Origin: Chloroflexota bacterium
Lineage (GTDB): Bacteria > Chloroflexota > Anaerolineae > Anaerolineales > UBA11858
Assembly: GCA_030608465.1 (NCBI GenBank)
Contig: JAUWEC010000003.1
Span: 1 to 46,941 of the forward strand
Length of the DNA: 46,941 nucleotides
Direction: 5' to 3'
This document shows, one piece after another, positions 1 to 8,764 of the stretch (the stretch's first letter is position 1; every line of letters begins with the position of its first letter). Position numbers and translations under genes: made by a program. The notes below the pieces were generated by a model that was not told the DNA's origin, searched no databases, and worked only from the letters and a program-made list of their open reading frames with translations.

Positions 1-428
1 AGCATAGTGCTGGCGTCTGATCCGGACATGGGTTCGGTCAGGGAATAAGCTCCTATCTTCTCCCCGGAAGCCACCGGGACGATGAAAGTTTCTTTTTGAT
101 AGTCAGTCCCGTACAACAGCAATCCATAATTAAAGAGGGAATTGTTGACAGACATGATTGTGCCGTGGGACGCATCGGCTTTGCAGATTTCTTCCAATGC
201 CAGGACGTAAGACAACGTATCCATACCGGGGCCACCGTATTTTTCCGGCATTTCGATCCCCATAAAACCCATTTCACCCATTTTCTTGATCGTTTCTTTC
301 GGAAAATCACCGCTTTCGTCAAATTCTGCAGCGATGGGTTTAATTTCCTTTTCAGCGAAATCCCGGGCTGCTTTCTGAATCATTTTATGCTCATCGCTTA
401 AGGTGAACCCAAGACCATTTGCTGACAT
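1..428 (-). CDS. Acyl-CoA dehydrogenase (short-chain/butyryl-CoA type), N-terminal part; runs off the window edge
   Basis: Not in the ORF track. Manual translation from ATG 428 (GGAG RBS upstream): MSANGLGFTLSDEHKMIQKAARDFAEKEIKPIAAEFDE...MGEMGFMGIEMPEKYGG...IGAYSLTEPMSGSDA, a typical ACAD N-terminus with the LTEPxxGSD motif. Confidence 0.92.
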   Translation of the reverse strand, partial: MSANGLGFTLSDEHKMIQKAARDFAEKEIKPIAAEFDESGDFPKETIKKMGEMGFMGIEMPEKYGGPGMDTLSYVLALEEICKADASHGTIMSVNNSLFNYGLLLYGTDYQKETFIVPVASGEKIGAYSLTEPMSGSDASTM

Positions 429-546
429 TAAATAATCTCCTTCTTCTGGTTGGCTGTGAGTGGAATTGTATTTTTGATTATAGCATCACCTAGCGTCAAA
501 ATCCTACTCAGTGGCGTCAAACTTTCAAGCTGACCGGGTAAAAATC

Positions 547-580
547 AAAAACTGACCCGGAAACTGAAACTCCGGGCCAG
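547..580 (-). terminator. Intrinsic terminator after glmS
   Basis: Minus strand CTGGCCCGGA...TCCGGGTCAG stem followed by TTTTT. Confidence 0.7.
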
Positions 581-618
581 GTATATTATTTACACAAAAA
601 TTTGTTTTGGTGGATGGC

Positions 619-2427
619 TTAGTCTACCGTCAGGGTTTTACTGAGGTTGCGGGGAAAATCCGGATCATAGCCCCGACTAAGGCTGCAGCGGTAGGAAAGG
701 ATCTGGAGCGGGATAACACTGAGTAAAGCCAGAATCGCCGATCGCAGTTCTTCCGGAACGTCAACTTCTGGGATTATGATTGTTTCATGAGCATTCCCTT
801 CTAAGCGGGAATCCTGGAATCCAATCGCGATCACGTGGCCGCCCCTGCAGGTGACCTCGTTGATTCCGCTGACGATCAACGGAATATCATCCGGTCCAAC
901 CGTAAAGATTACCGGATATCCATCACTGACAGCAGATAAAGGTCCGTGTTTAAATTCTGTAGAAAGCATACCCTCGCAATGTGTATAAGTAATTTCCTTA
1001 AGTTTTAGCGCGCCTTCCAGGGCGACTGGGTAAGTGAGCCCGTAACCGAGAATGTAGAGGTCATTCCACCCGGTCAGTTTATTTACAACACGATCGATTT
1101 GACCGGACACTTCTTCCAGGGTGCGATCCATAATCTTTGGTATATCATTTAACGCGTCCGTGTTATATCCGCCGTATCTAAGAGCCAGGTAAAGCAATGC
1201 CAGCACCTGGTTGCTGTAGGTTTTGGTCGCAGGTACGCTAATTTCATATCCGCAGGTGAGCGGCAGGTAGACTTCACTGACCAGTGTCAGAGTTGAACCG
1301 ACCACATTTACCAGTCCGAGGATACCCATACCTTGTTCTTTGGCAGTTTTAATGGCGTTCAAAACATCCTTTGTCTCTCCACTTTGACTGATAAAAATCC
1401 CCACATCCTCAGGTCCAACTGAGGATCCGTATTGGGCGGTAAACTGTGGGGCAAGGACAGGTATTGCAGCTCTGCCGGCGAATTGATTGAAGTACACCGA
1501 ACCTAGTAAACCTGCGTGATAACTGGTACCACAGGCAATCAGGTAGATATTGCGAGCCCCCGCGAGTTTATCAAGAAATGGGTTCAGGTCTGGAGAATTG
1601 TCCAACATATGCAGCAGTTCTCCCGCAACCTGGCTCTGTTCATGGATTTCTTTGAGCATAAAATGGTCGAAACCGCCTTTCTGGGCAGCTTCCATGCTGT
1701 CATCAGCAATTTCAGGTTCCCGCTTAATTATGCTGCCGTCCTCAACACTAGTGATTTCATAACCTCCAGCCCAGATCGTAATGATCTCGCCATCATTAAG
1801 GCGGAGGATATTCCTGGTAATGGGCAGGATAGAAGGTAAATCTGAGCCTATACAGGTGAGGTCCTCTGTGATGCCTGCAACCAGCCCAGAGCCTTTTTTT
1901 ATCGCATAGAGGCGGTCTTCTCCCACTTTACCGATCACAAAAGAGTAATCCCCTTCCAGGTCTCGGGTTGCCATCCGGATGGCTTCAACCATTTCGAATC
2001 CCTGGTCGTGGTAGCGCTCAACTGCATGGACACAGCTTTCGCCATCGTTTTCTGATCGGACTATCATCCCTTCTGCCGCAAATTGCTCCCTTAGTTCCAC
2101 ATTGTTAACCACATTTCCGTTGTGGGCACCGACCAGATCCCCGTCACTGTCAAGATGCGGTTGGGAGTTTATCTGGGAGGGGGCGCCAAAAGTGGCCCAC
2201 CGCAGCTGGAGGATTGCCCGGTCTCCGGACATATCTTGAAAGTTATATTTTTCAGCGATTTCCTGGATTTTACCGGCATCCTTCCGGAGATCAATCACTC
2301 CCTCTTGCGGGATAGTCGCAGCCCCCACAGTGTCATAGCCGCGGTAGGATAACCGCTCACCCGCGCCAACCAATATAGGTCCCAGGTTTTGAATTTCTTT
2401 TGTAACAATTCCGAAAATGCCGCACAT
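619..2427 (-). CDS. glmS: Glutamine-fructose-6-phosphate aminotransferase (GlmS), with a divergent glutaminase domain
   Basis: MCGIFG N-terminal Cys, RWAT, HNG, two SIS domains (ACGTS, SQSGET, EGALKLKE, KHGP), C-terminal PRNLSKTLTVD. Confidence 0.88.
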   Translation of the reverse strand: MCGIFGIVTKEIQNLGPILVGAGERLSYRGYDTVGAATIPQEGVIDLRKDAGKIQEIAEKYNFQDMSGDRAILQLRWATFGAPSQINSQPHLDSDGDLVGAHNGNVVNNVELREQFAAEGMIVRSENDGESCVHAVERYHDQGFEMVEAIRMATRDLEGDYSFVIGKVGEDRLYAIKKGSGLVAGITEDLTCIGSDLPSILPITRNILRLNDGEIITIWAGGYEITSVEDGSIIKREPEIADDSMEAAQKGGFDHFMLKEIHEQSQVAGELLHMLDNSPDLNPFLDKLAGARNIYLIACGTSYHAGLLGSVYFNQFAGRAAIPVLAPQFTAQYGSSVGPEDVGIFISQSGETKDVLNAIKTAKEQGMGILGLVNVVGSTLTLVSEVYLPLTCGYEISVPATKTYSNQVLALLYLALRYGGYNTDALNDIPKIMDRTLEEVSGQIDRVVNKLTGWNDLYILGYGLTYPVALEGALKLKEITYTHCEGMLSTEFKHGPLSAVSDGYPVIFTVGPDDIPLIVSGINEVTCRGGHVIAIGFQDSRLEGNAHETIIIPEVDVPEELRSAILALLSVIPLQILSYRCSLSRGYDPDFPRNLSKTLTVD

Positions 2428-2647
2428 AGTTCAACTCCTGTTAGACCGGATGGATAGTTTACTATCTATGAGGTTTGTTCTGCCGTCCGGGTTTGAATTT
2501 TCGCAGCGGCTTTATTTTACCATTCAGAGCTGCTTTGTATCGTTATGATATACTTATTGCTACATTATTAGGTAATGGTAGGGCATAATTCTAGAAGGAC
2601 GCACAGGGGATGAGAAGCCTGCGCCAATCATCGCCTTACGAATAGTA

Positions 2648-2675
2648 TTGACAAGCTGTATTTTTCATATATACT
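2648..2675 (+). promoter_or_regulatory. Sigma70-type promoter of the Abi cassette
   Basis: TTGACA (2648-2653), 16 bp, TATACT (2670-2675). Confidence 0.75.
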
Positions 2676-2680
2676 GAAAG

Positions 2681-2739
2681 CAGTATACCCGCCAGGCCTC
2701 TGTCCTTCTGGACACGCTCAACTGTGGCGGGTTTTTTTT
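2681..2739 (+). ncRNA. Candidate abiF-type structured RNA (antitoxin or leader) ending in a terminator
   Basis: ACCCGCCA (2687-2694) pairs with TGGCGGGT (2725-2732), enclosing the hairpin TGTCC-TTCT-GGACA (2701-2714); T8 run at 2732-2739 directly before the Abi ORF. Confidence 0.65.
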
Positions 2740-3651
2740 ATGACAAAAGGTTGCATGAAATACACCAAACCGGCCCTCTCTTTTGTAGAACAGGCGCAAC
2801 GTTTACTTGACCGTGGATTGATTGCTCCAGACAAAGAAACGTTGGTAAGGCTATTGAGTGTTGTTAATTATTATCGTTTAAGCGCGTATTGGTATCCTTT
2901 TAGGCATATTGACCCTGTTACAGGGAAGGAATATTTTGATTCCGGCACGAAGTATGAGATTATTTGGCGACGGTATACTTTTGACCGCCGCTTACGTTTG
3001 CTTGTGATGGATGCTATTGAGCATATCGAAGTGGCGATTCTTCGCACAAAAATGGTTGAGAATTTCACTTTGGAGCATGGTCCGTTTGGGTATTGCAAAC
3101 AATCCAACTTTAAAGCCGGACTTGACCATGGTCGTTTAATGAGGGAGACAGAAAATGCGGTTGAGCGAAGCAATGAAAAATTCGTACAACGTTTTTTCAA
3201 CAAATACACCAGTGAACCGCGCTTACCGCTCTGGATGGCTGCCGAGGTGATGACTTTCGGGCAATTATTTACATTCTTTCGTTTCTTGCATTTCAAAGAG
3301 AAACAACACTTGGCTAGGACATTCGGTTTATATCCACCCGTATTCGAATCCTGGTTACATACCTTGAATTTCACCCGAAATACCTGTGCCCATCACGCTC
3401 GATTGTGGAACCGCGAAATCCCTATCCGGCCAAAAATACCAAAAAATCTTCCTGAGTGGCATGACCCCGTGAGGATTAACAACCAGCGTGTGTTTGCTAT
3501 ATTGACTATGTTGAAATATTTACTTTCTTACATTGCACCCCAGACTGATTGGAGTAGGCGTTTGTTGAGCTTGCTGGATGAATATGATGATATTCCTCTT
3601 AGAAATATGGGTTTCCCTGATAATTGGCAAGAGAGCACTTTGTGGAACTAG
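2740..3651 (+). CDS. Abi_2/AbiF-AbiD family HEPN ribonuclease (abortive infection); alternative start ATG 2755
   Basis: KPALSFxEQ...L..RGL, NYYRLSAYW, YxFDRRLR, PLWMAAEVMTFG and the HEPN RxxxxH motif RNTCAH(HARLWNR). Confidence 0.88.
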   Translation: MTKGCMKYTKPALSFVEQAQRLLDRGLIAPDKETLVRLLSVVNYYRLSAYWYPFRHIDPVTGKEYFDSGTKYEIIWRRYTFDRRLRLLVMDAIEHIEVAILRTKMVENFTLEHGPFGYCKQSNFKAGLDHGRLMRETENAVERSNEKFVQRFFNKYTSEPRLPLWMAAEVMTFGQLFTFFRFLHFKEKQHLARTFGLYPPVFESWLHTLNFTRNTCAHHARLWNREIPIRPKIPKNLPEWHDPVRINNQRVFAILTMLKYLLSYIAPQTDWSRRLLSLLDEYDDIPLRNMGFPDNWQESTLWN

Positions 3652-3774
3652 AAAAGCGAGTTTAAAGTGCGATGCACCTTATATGTGCAGCACACTTGAA
3701 TTGATTAAAGTCAGCAATAATCAATGATAAAATTCAAGTAAAATTTCCAGTTTCCAAATGAGAAGGAATTATAT

Positions 3775-4095
3775 ATGACAGACAAAATTTCATCGGATGT
3801 ATTTAAACGGCTAGTTGATCTTGCTTCCCTGGAGCTTCCGGAAGGAGAAGGTGAATACCTGCGGAAGGAATTAAACAATCAGATGGTCTCTATTGAGGTT
3901 CTGGAGTCAATTCCTATTGATGCAGAAACAGGGACTGCAGCCCATGGTGTTCCTTATACAGAAATGAACAGCCCTGTTCCCCGGGAAGATGTTTCCCGCC
4001 AGGATCCACACCGGGAAGATATCCTGAAACAGGCGCCGGAACTTGAAGATGGATATATCGTGGTTCCGGATATATCCCATGAGGAGCTGTATTAA
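3775..4095 (+). CDS. gatC: Asp/Glu-tRNA amidotransferase subunit C-like
   Basis: 106 aa, LASLEL N-terminal helix, PRED...ILKQAP...GYIVVP C-terminus; directly upstream of the amidase. Confidence 0.8.
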   Translation: MTDKISSDVFKRLVDLASLELPEGEGEYLRKELNNQMVSIEVLESIPIDAETGTAAHGVPYTEMNSPVPREDVSRQDPHREDILKQAPELEDGYIVVPDISHEELY

Positions 4096-4098
4096 CTC

Positions 4099-5697
4099 AT
4101 GAAAACTTATTATCTTCCCGCCTATGCAATCGCTGATTTAATTAAAAGCCGGCAGATCTCTGCTGTAGAAGTACTGGAAGAGACTCTGGAACGGGTTCGG
4201 TCTGTGGATGGTAGAGCCGGACAAGTTGATGTATCTAATGCGCAATCTAAAGAAGATCTTAATAGTGTCCACGCGTTTACCCAACTGGCTGATGAACATG
4301 CTCGGGGACAGGCAGAAAAGATTGACCAGATGGTGAAAGCAGGAGAAAACCCTGGTCCATTAGCTGGTGTCCCTTATACAGCAAAAGATATCTTTACTGT
4401 GAAGGGTATCCCTGCGACGGCAGGTTCGAAAATCCTCTCCAATTATATTGCTCCCTACACGGCAACGGTCATTGAGCGGATGGCTGAGGCTGGCGCCATG
4501 ATGATAGGAAAAGTTAACCTGGATGAATTTACCTACGGGTCTTCCAGTGAATCTTCTGCATTAAAACCGGTTCCCCGGAATCCCTGGGATACCAGCAGAG
4601 TTACGGGAGGTTCTTCCGGTGGCAGTGCTGCGGCAGTGGCTGCCGGAGAAGGAGCAATTTCGTTAGGAACGGATACCGGAGGCTCAATCCGACAGCCGGC
4701 CGCATTTTGTGGAACAGTAGGGCTAAAACCGACCTACGGCAGGGTTTCCCGCTATGGGCTGATCGCTTTTGGATCTTCCCTGGACTGCCCCGGTCCTCTC
4801 ACCCGCAATGTGATGGATGCAGCCCTGGTCCTGCAGGCAATCGCCGGGGAGGATCCCCGGGATAATACAGCTGCAGTGGTCCCTGTACCGGATTATCTGG
4901 CCGAATTGGAGAAAGATATCCACGGGTTAAGAATTGGTCTCTCAGAAGAATTCTTCAGGGTCACTTATTTTGATGCGAAAACCGGTGAACTTAAGGAAAA
5001 CCCCATTGATAATGAAATCAAGGATGCCATATTAAGTGTGGCCGGCTATTTGGCTCAATTGGGCGCGGATATAGTGGTTGATGTCCCGCTTCCCCATACA
5101 AAATACGGGATCCCAACCTATTTTGTGATTTCACGGGTGGAAGCTTCGTCAAATTTACTCAGATATGATGGCGTGAAGTATGGCTATCGGACTGATCAGC
5201 CGTTTGCGGATTTGCGGGAGCTGTACCGGAAGACGAGAGGTGCCGCATTTGGTGTAGAGCCAAAACTTCGTATGCTGATGGGTATCTATTTAAGCGCTGC
5301 TCAATTTGATAAAGGATATTACCAGCGAGCTCTGAAGGCCAGGGCGCTCATCCGGAGTGATTTTGAAACCATCTTTGATCCCAAGGGGAAGTATCGCCTG
5401 GATGCGCTGCTGACACCGACCACCCCCTCCACGGCTTTTCCTATTGGCGGTGTTTACGGGGACTCTGTGTTAATGCAGTATTCAGACCAGCTGACTGTGA
5501 CTACAAATCATGCCGGGATTCCTGGTTTAACCGTCCCGGTGGGTTTTGATAAAGAAGGCTTGCCCATCGGCGCCCAATTCCTAGGACCAGATTATTCTGA
5601 AGGTCTTTTATTGAGGTTGGGTCGCGCCTTTGAGAAGGTGACTGAAAACGAGGATTGGCGGGACAGACGCCCTCCACTACTTCCTGCTAATGACTGA
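4099..5697 (+). CDS. gatA: Amidase-signature protein, GatA-like
   Basis: AKD catalytic Lys, GGSSGGSAAAV, GTDTGGSIRQPA, EASSNLLRYDG. Confidence 0.85.
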   Translation: MKTYYLPAYAIADLIKSRQISAVEVLEETLERVRSVDGRAGQVDVSNAQSKEDLNSVHAFTQLADEHARGQAEKIDQMVKAGENPGPLAGVPYTAKDIFTVKGIPATAGSKILSNYIAPYTATVIERMAEAGAMMIGKVNLDEFTYGSSSESSALKPVPRNPWDTSRVTGGSSGGSAAAVAAGEGAISLGTDTGGSIRQPAAFCGTVGLKPTYGRVSRYGLIAFGSSLDCPGPLTRNVMDAALVLQAIAGEDPRDNTAAVVPVPDYLAELEKDIHGLRIGLSEEFFRVTYFDAKTGELKENPIDNEIKDAILSVAGYLAQLGADIVVDVPLPHTKYGIPTYFVISRVEASSNLLRYDGVKYGYRTDQPFADLRELYRKTRGAAFGVEPKLRMLMGIYLSAAQFDKGYYQRALKARALIRSDFETIFDPKGKYRLDALLTPTTPSTAFPIGGVYGDSVLMQYSDQLTVTTNHAGIPGLTVPVGFDKEGLPIGAQFLGPDYSEGLLLRLGRAFEKVTENEDWRDRRPPLLPAND

Positions 5698-6598
5698 GAA
5701 TAATAAAGCAATTGCAGTACTCGGCAATGTGACTCTGGATATTATTTGTAAAACAGTGGATGATGTCCCCAGATATGATTCAGTTGCCTTTCAGGAAGCT
5801 GCAGTGACCCCGGGAGGCTGTGGATCTAATACAGCCATTGGCCTTGCCAGGGAAGGAGAAGCAGTTTATTTAATTGCCTGTACCGGGGATGATGATGCCG
5901 CAGACATTCTCAACCAAACCTGGGATAGAATGGGAGTTGATACCCGATTCGTTCAGCGATTCGAAAAACAAGGATCCGGCATAAGTATTGGATTGATCGA
6001 TAGTGATTATCAGCCCCGGTTTATCCATACCTCAGGGGCGAATGCGAATCTGCGGCCAGAATCCCTTAAACCAGTCATCCTAAAAGAGCTTGAGGTTCAA
6101 CTATTACATGTTGCGGGATATTTTGTCCTGCCCGGGCTTCTTGTTCCAGGCTTTGAGGATGTATTAAGTCTTGCACAGGAGTGCGGGATATTCAATTCGT
6201 TGGATGTGGTCACTTCCCCAGCGATGGAAAACCCTGAATATTTATGGCCTCTGCTGCCCTTCCTGAATCTCTTCTTATGCAATCTCCGGGAGGCAGAAAT
6301 CTTAACCGGGTATGATGACCCCGAATCCGCTTCTGCGGAATTCCATGCGAAGGGAGCGGCTGCAGTCATCATTAAACTGGGATCAAAAGGATGCTGGCTG
6401 TCAGAGTCAGGTCAGGGATTACTCATCCCTGCGCCGCAAGTTGAGAATGTGATTGATACAACCGGTGCGGGGGACGCTTTCGCTGCCGGATTACTGACAG
6501 CGCTTCGGAAAGGTGAAAATTTAACTGGTGCCTGTCAGGCTGGAGTCTTTATTGGTTCCAGAGCGGTGCAATATCTGGGAGCCGTGAACCTTTCCTGA
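5690..6598 (+). CDS. PfkB/ribokinase-family carbohydrate kinase
   Basis: PGGCGSNTA, NLREAE, DTTGAGDAF signatures; overlaps the gatA stop. Confidence 0.9.
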   Translation: MTENNKAIAVLGNVTLDIICKTVDDVPRYDSVAFQEAAVTPGGCGSNTAIGLAREGEAVYLIACTGDDDAADILNQTWDRMGVDTRFVQRFEKQGSGISIGLIDSDYQPRFIHTSGANANLRPESLKPVILKELEVQLLHVAGYFVLPGLLVPGFEDVLSLAQECGIFNSLDVVTSPAMENPEYLWPLLPFLNLFLCNLREAEILTGYDDPESASAEFHAKGAAAVIIKLGSKGCWLSESGQGLLIPAPQVENVIDTTGAGDAFAAGLLTALRKGENLTGACQAGVFIGSRAVQYLGAVNLS

Positions 6599-6628
6599 TG
6601 GAGCGGACCCGCATAAACAGGATAAACC

Positions 6629-7342
6629 ATGTTTGATTGGATTGCTTTTGACGCAGATGATACTCTCTGGAAAAACGAGGAAACATACCTGCAGGGCAGA
6701 GAGGTCTTCCTACAAATCCTGGCTGATTATGATATTGAACAAGACGACCTGGATAGAGTAGATGAATTTGAAGTAGAAAATATCCAGTATTACGGTTACG
6801 GAGTGATGAGTTTTGTGCTCTCAATGATCGAGATGGCTATCGAGCTGACTGGAGAGAAGATTCATCCCGGGGATATCCGGAAGCTGCTTGATCTGGCGAA
6901 AGCGATGCTTACTGCGGAAGTTGAGGTATTTGATGGAGTCCGCCAACTGTTGGAAAAAATCTCAAAAGAGTATTCATTAATGCTGATTACGAAGGGGGAT
7001 CTTTTTCATCAGCGGCGCAAGTTGGAGGCATCCAAGTTAGCAGATTTCTTTCAGGTAGTAGAAGTTGTAAGTGATAAAACACCGGAGGTCTATCACGAGA
7101 TCCTGGAACGGCATCAAATTGACCCCCATCGTTTTATTATGGTTGGTAACTCACTTCGGTCTGATATCGTCCCGGTGTTGAAACTTGGCGCCTGGGTGAT
7201 ATATTTATCAGACCACCTTACCTGGTCCCATGAAGATGACCCGCTGGCTGAGATTATCCAGGATCGTTACCGCGAAGTGAAGGAAATTTCCCAGGTATTG
7301 AGTGTTGTAAAAACACTGGAAAAATTGACAGGAATTGCCTGA
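6629..7342 (+). CDS. HAD-superfamily hydrolase
   Basis: FDADDTLW motif I, LITKGD, MVGNSLRSDI. Confidence 0.9.
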   Translation: MFDWIAFDADDTLWKNEETYLQGREVFLQILADYDIEQDDLDRVDEFEVENIQYYGYGVMSFVLSMIEMAIELTGEKIHPGDIRKLLDLAKAMLTAEVEVFDGVRQLLEKISKEYSLMLITKGDLFHQRRKLEASKLADFFQVVEVVSDKTPEVYHEILERHQIDPHRFIMVGNSLRSDIVPVLKLGAWVIYLSDHLTWSHEDDPLAEIIQDRYREVKEISQVLSVVKTLEKLTGIA

Positions 7343-7400
7343 GTATTGTTGTAAAATTCCCTGGAATAGAATCGGAGTGGAGATTGAAGGAAAGGAATAA

Positions 7401-7919
7401 ATGATGCTTTATTTCTGGTTCTGGGTATTTTTTTCTGTGCTGCTGCTGGCCTTTACTCTCATCAGGCCCCATCCCTACCGATTTACCCGTTTTCTGGCAT
7501 TTGTTAGTCTCTTGGGACTGATATTCCTTAACGCGGACCGCTGGTTCGTTGATCCGTTTTCGGTTAGGCAGATTGTTTCCTGGATTTTCTTGGCAGGTTC
7601 TTTGTTTTTAGCTGTCCATGGTTTTACTCTGATAAAAACCGAAGGAAATCCAACCGGAGATTTTGAGGACACAACCAGCCTGATTACTCGGGGAGCTTAT
7701 CGGTTCATCCGGCACCCGCTGTATAGTTCTCTGCTGCTTTTTGGCCTGGGTGCATTCCTGAAAAGCCCTTCGTTGTTGGGAGGGGGGTTGGTGGGAGCCC
7801 TCTTTATAGGTGTGATCCTGACTGCCAGGATCGAGGAAAAACACAATCTGGAACGGTTTGGTGAAGAATATCAGCAATATATGGATAAGACCAAATGTTT
7901 TATTCCCTATATTTATTAA
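7401..7919 (+). CDS. Isoprenylcysteine carboxyl methyltransferase/PEMT-family membrane protein
   Basis: Multiple TM helices, LITRGAYRFIRHPLY, EE..L..FG..Y..Y. Confidence 0.85.
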   Translation: MMLYFWFWVFFSVLLLAFTLIRPHPYRFTRFLAFVSLLGLIFLNADRWFVDPFSVRQIVSWIFLAGSLFLAVHGFTLIKTEGNPTGDFEDTTSLITRGAYRFIRHPLYSSLLLFGLGAFLKSPSLLGGGLVGALFIGVILTARIEEKHNLERFGEEYQQYMDKTKCFIPYIY

Positions 7920-7981
7920 TTGGAAAAATATGTTAGTTTTAACGGAGATTTTGTTTAACTGAAAACATAATTAAAGGAATT

Positions 7982-8656
7982 GTGATAAGAATGCGCATCT
8001 TGGAAAAACAGGGTTATCATTTGGTGTCATTGATTTTTTTGCTTTCGGGGGTATATTTCTTCAGTCAAGGAGATTTTCTGGAAGGAGCGTTTTTAGGTGT
8101 GTCTTCCAGGACATGGCTGTGGCTCTCAATTTTAGCACCGGTGGTTCACCAAGTATATGTGGTGATTTTCTGGCGCGCTGAACTCCATTATCAATTACTG
8201 ACATCATGGTTTGGAGAGCGGGCATTTTTTGTCTGGGGGCTGGGCTTTATGGTCCTGCTTCTGGCCCGTCCAGTTTTTATCTTTGGTTTAGCCATTGCAA
8301 ATCAGGGCACATTGCCTATTCCCGACTGGCTGGGAATATTTTTATCTATTCTGTGCATCCCTCCGGTAATGTATTTAGGCTATTCGGTTCTGAAATATTT
8401 TGGAATAAAGAGAGCGTTGGGCATGGATCATTTTCAACCCCGGATCTACAGGGATATGCCATTTGTTAAAAAAGGTATATTTCAATGGTCATCAAACTCC
8501 ATGTACCTCTACGGGTTCCTTTTATTGTGGTTCCCGTGTTTGTTATTGCTGTCCAAAGCCGGACTGCTCTCAGCGCTTTTCAGTCATTTGTACATCTGGG
8601 TTCATTATTATTTCACTGAATATCCTGATATGAAGTTTATCTACCAATTTGAATAA
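7982..8656 (+). CDS. PEMT-like phospholipid methyltransferase-family membrane protein
   Basis: TM-rich, FVKKGIFQWSSNSMY, C-terminal TEYPDMKFIY. Confidence 0.65.
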   Translation: MIRMRILEKQGYHLVSLIFLLSGVYFFSQGDFLEGAFLGVSSRTWLWLSILAPVVHQVYVVIFWRAELHYQLLTSWFGERAFFVWGLGFMVLLLARPVFIFGLAIANQGTLPIPDWLGIFLSILCIPPVMYLGYSVLKYFGIKRALGMDHFQPRIYRDMPFVKKGIFQWSSNSMYLYGFLLLWFPCLLLLSKAGLLSALFSHLYIWVHYYFTEYPDMKFIYQFE

Positions 8657-8699
8657 TCTCATCTTCTCCTGATTGCCCGAATCTTATAACTTGGATTTC

Positions 8700-8730
8700 G
8701 GGAACTTTTGATGGGTGCTGGCCGTCATAA
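8700..8730 (+). promoter_or_regulatory. ECF-sigma-type promoter (copy 1)
   Basis: GGGAACTTTT-N13-CGTCATAA; same motif and spacing at 24643. Confidence 0.65.
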
Positions 8731-8764
8731 TAGCATCAACAAGAGTTATCTCAGGAGGAGAAGA

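Noticed and set aside
53-401. ORF-track calls 53-322 (-) and 96-401 (+)
   Set aside because: Wrong frames; the real gene is the acyl-CoA dehydrogenase starting at 428 and running off the window
2428-2521. glmS ribozyme in the glmS leader
   Set aside because: Only a weak CCGGACGG/CCATCCGG stem and a small hairpin; the leader is short and I could not find the conserved ribozyme core
2577-3697. Mobile element ends flanking the Abi gene (GTAGGGC...GCCTTAC at ~2578-2640; imperfect hairpin 3665-3697)
   Set aside because: Degenerate REP-like palindromes at most; no matching terminal repeats, target duplication or transposase
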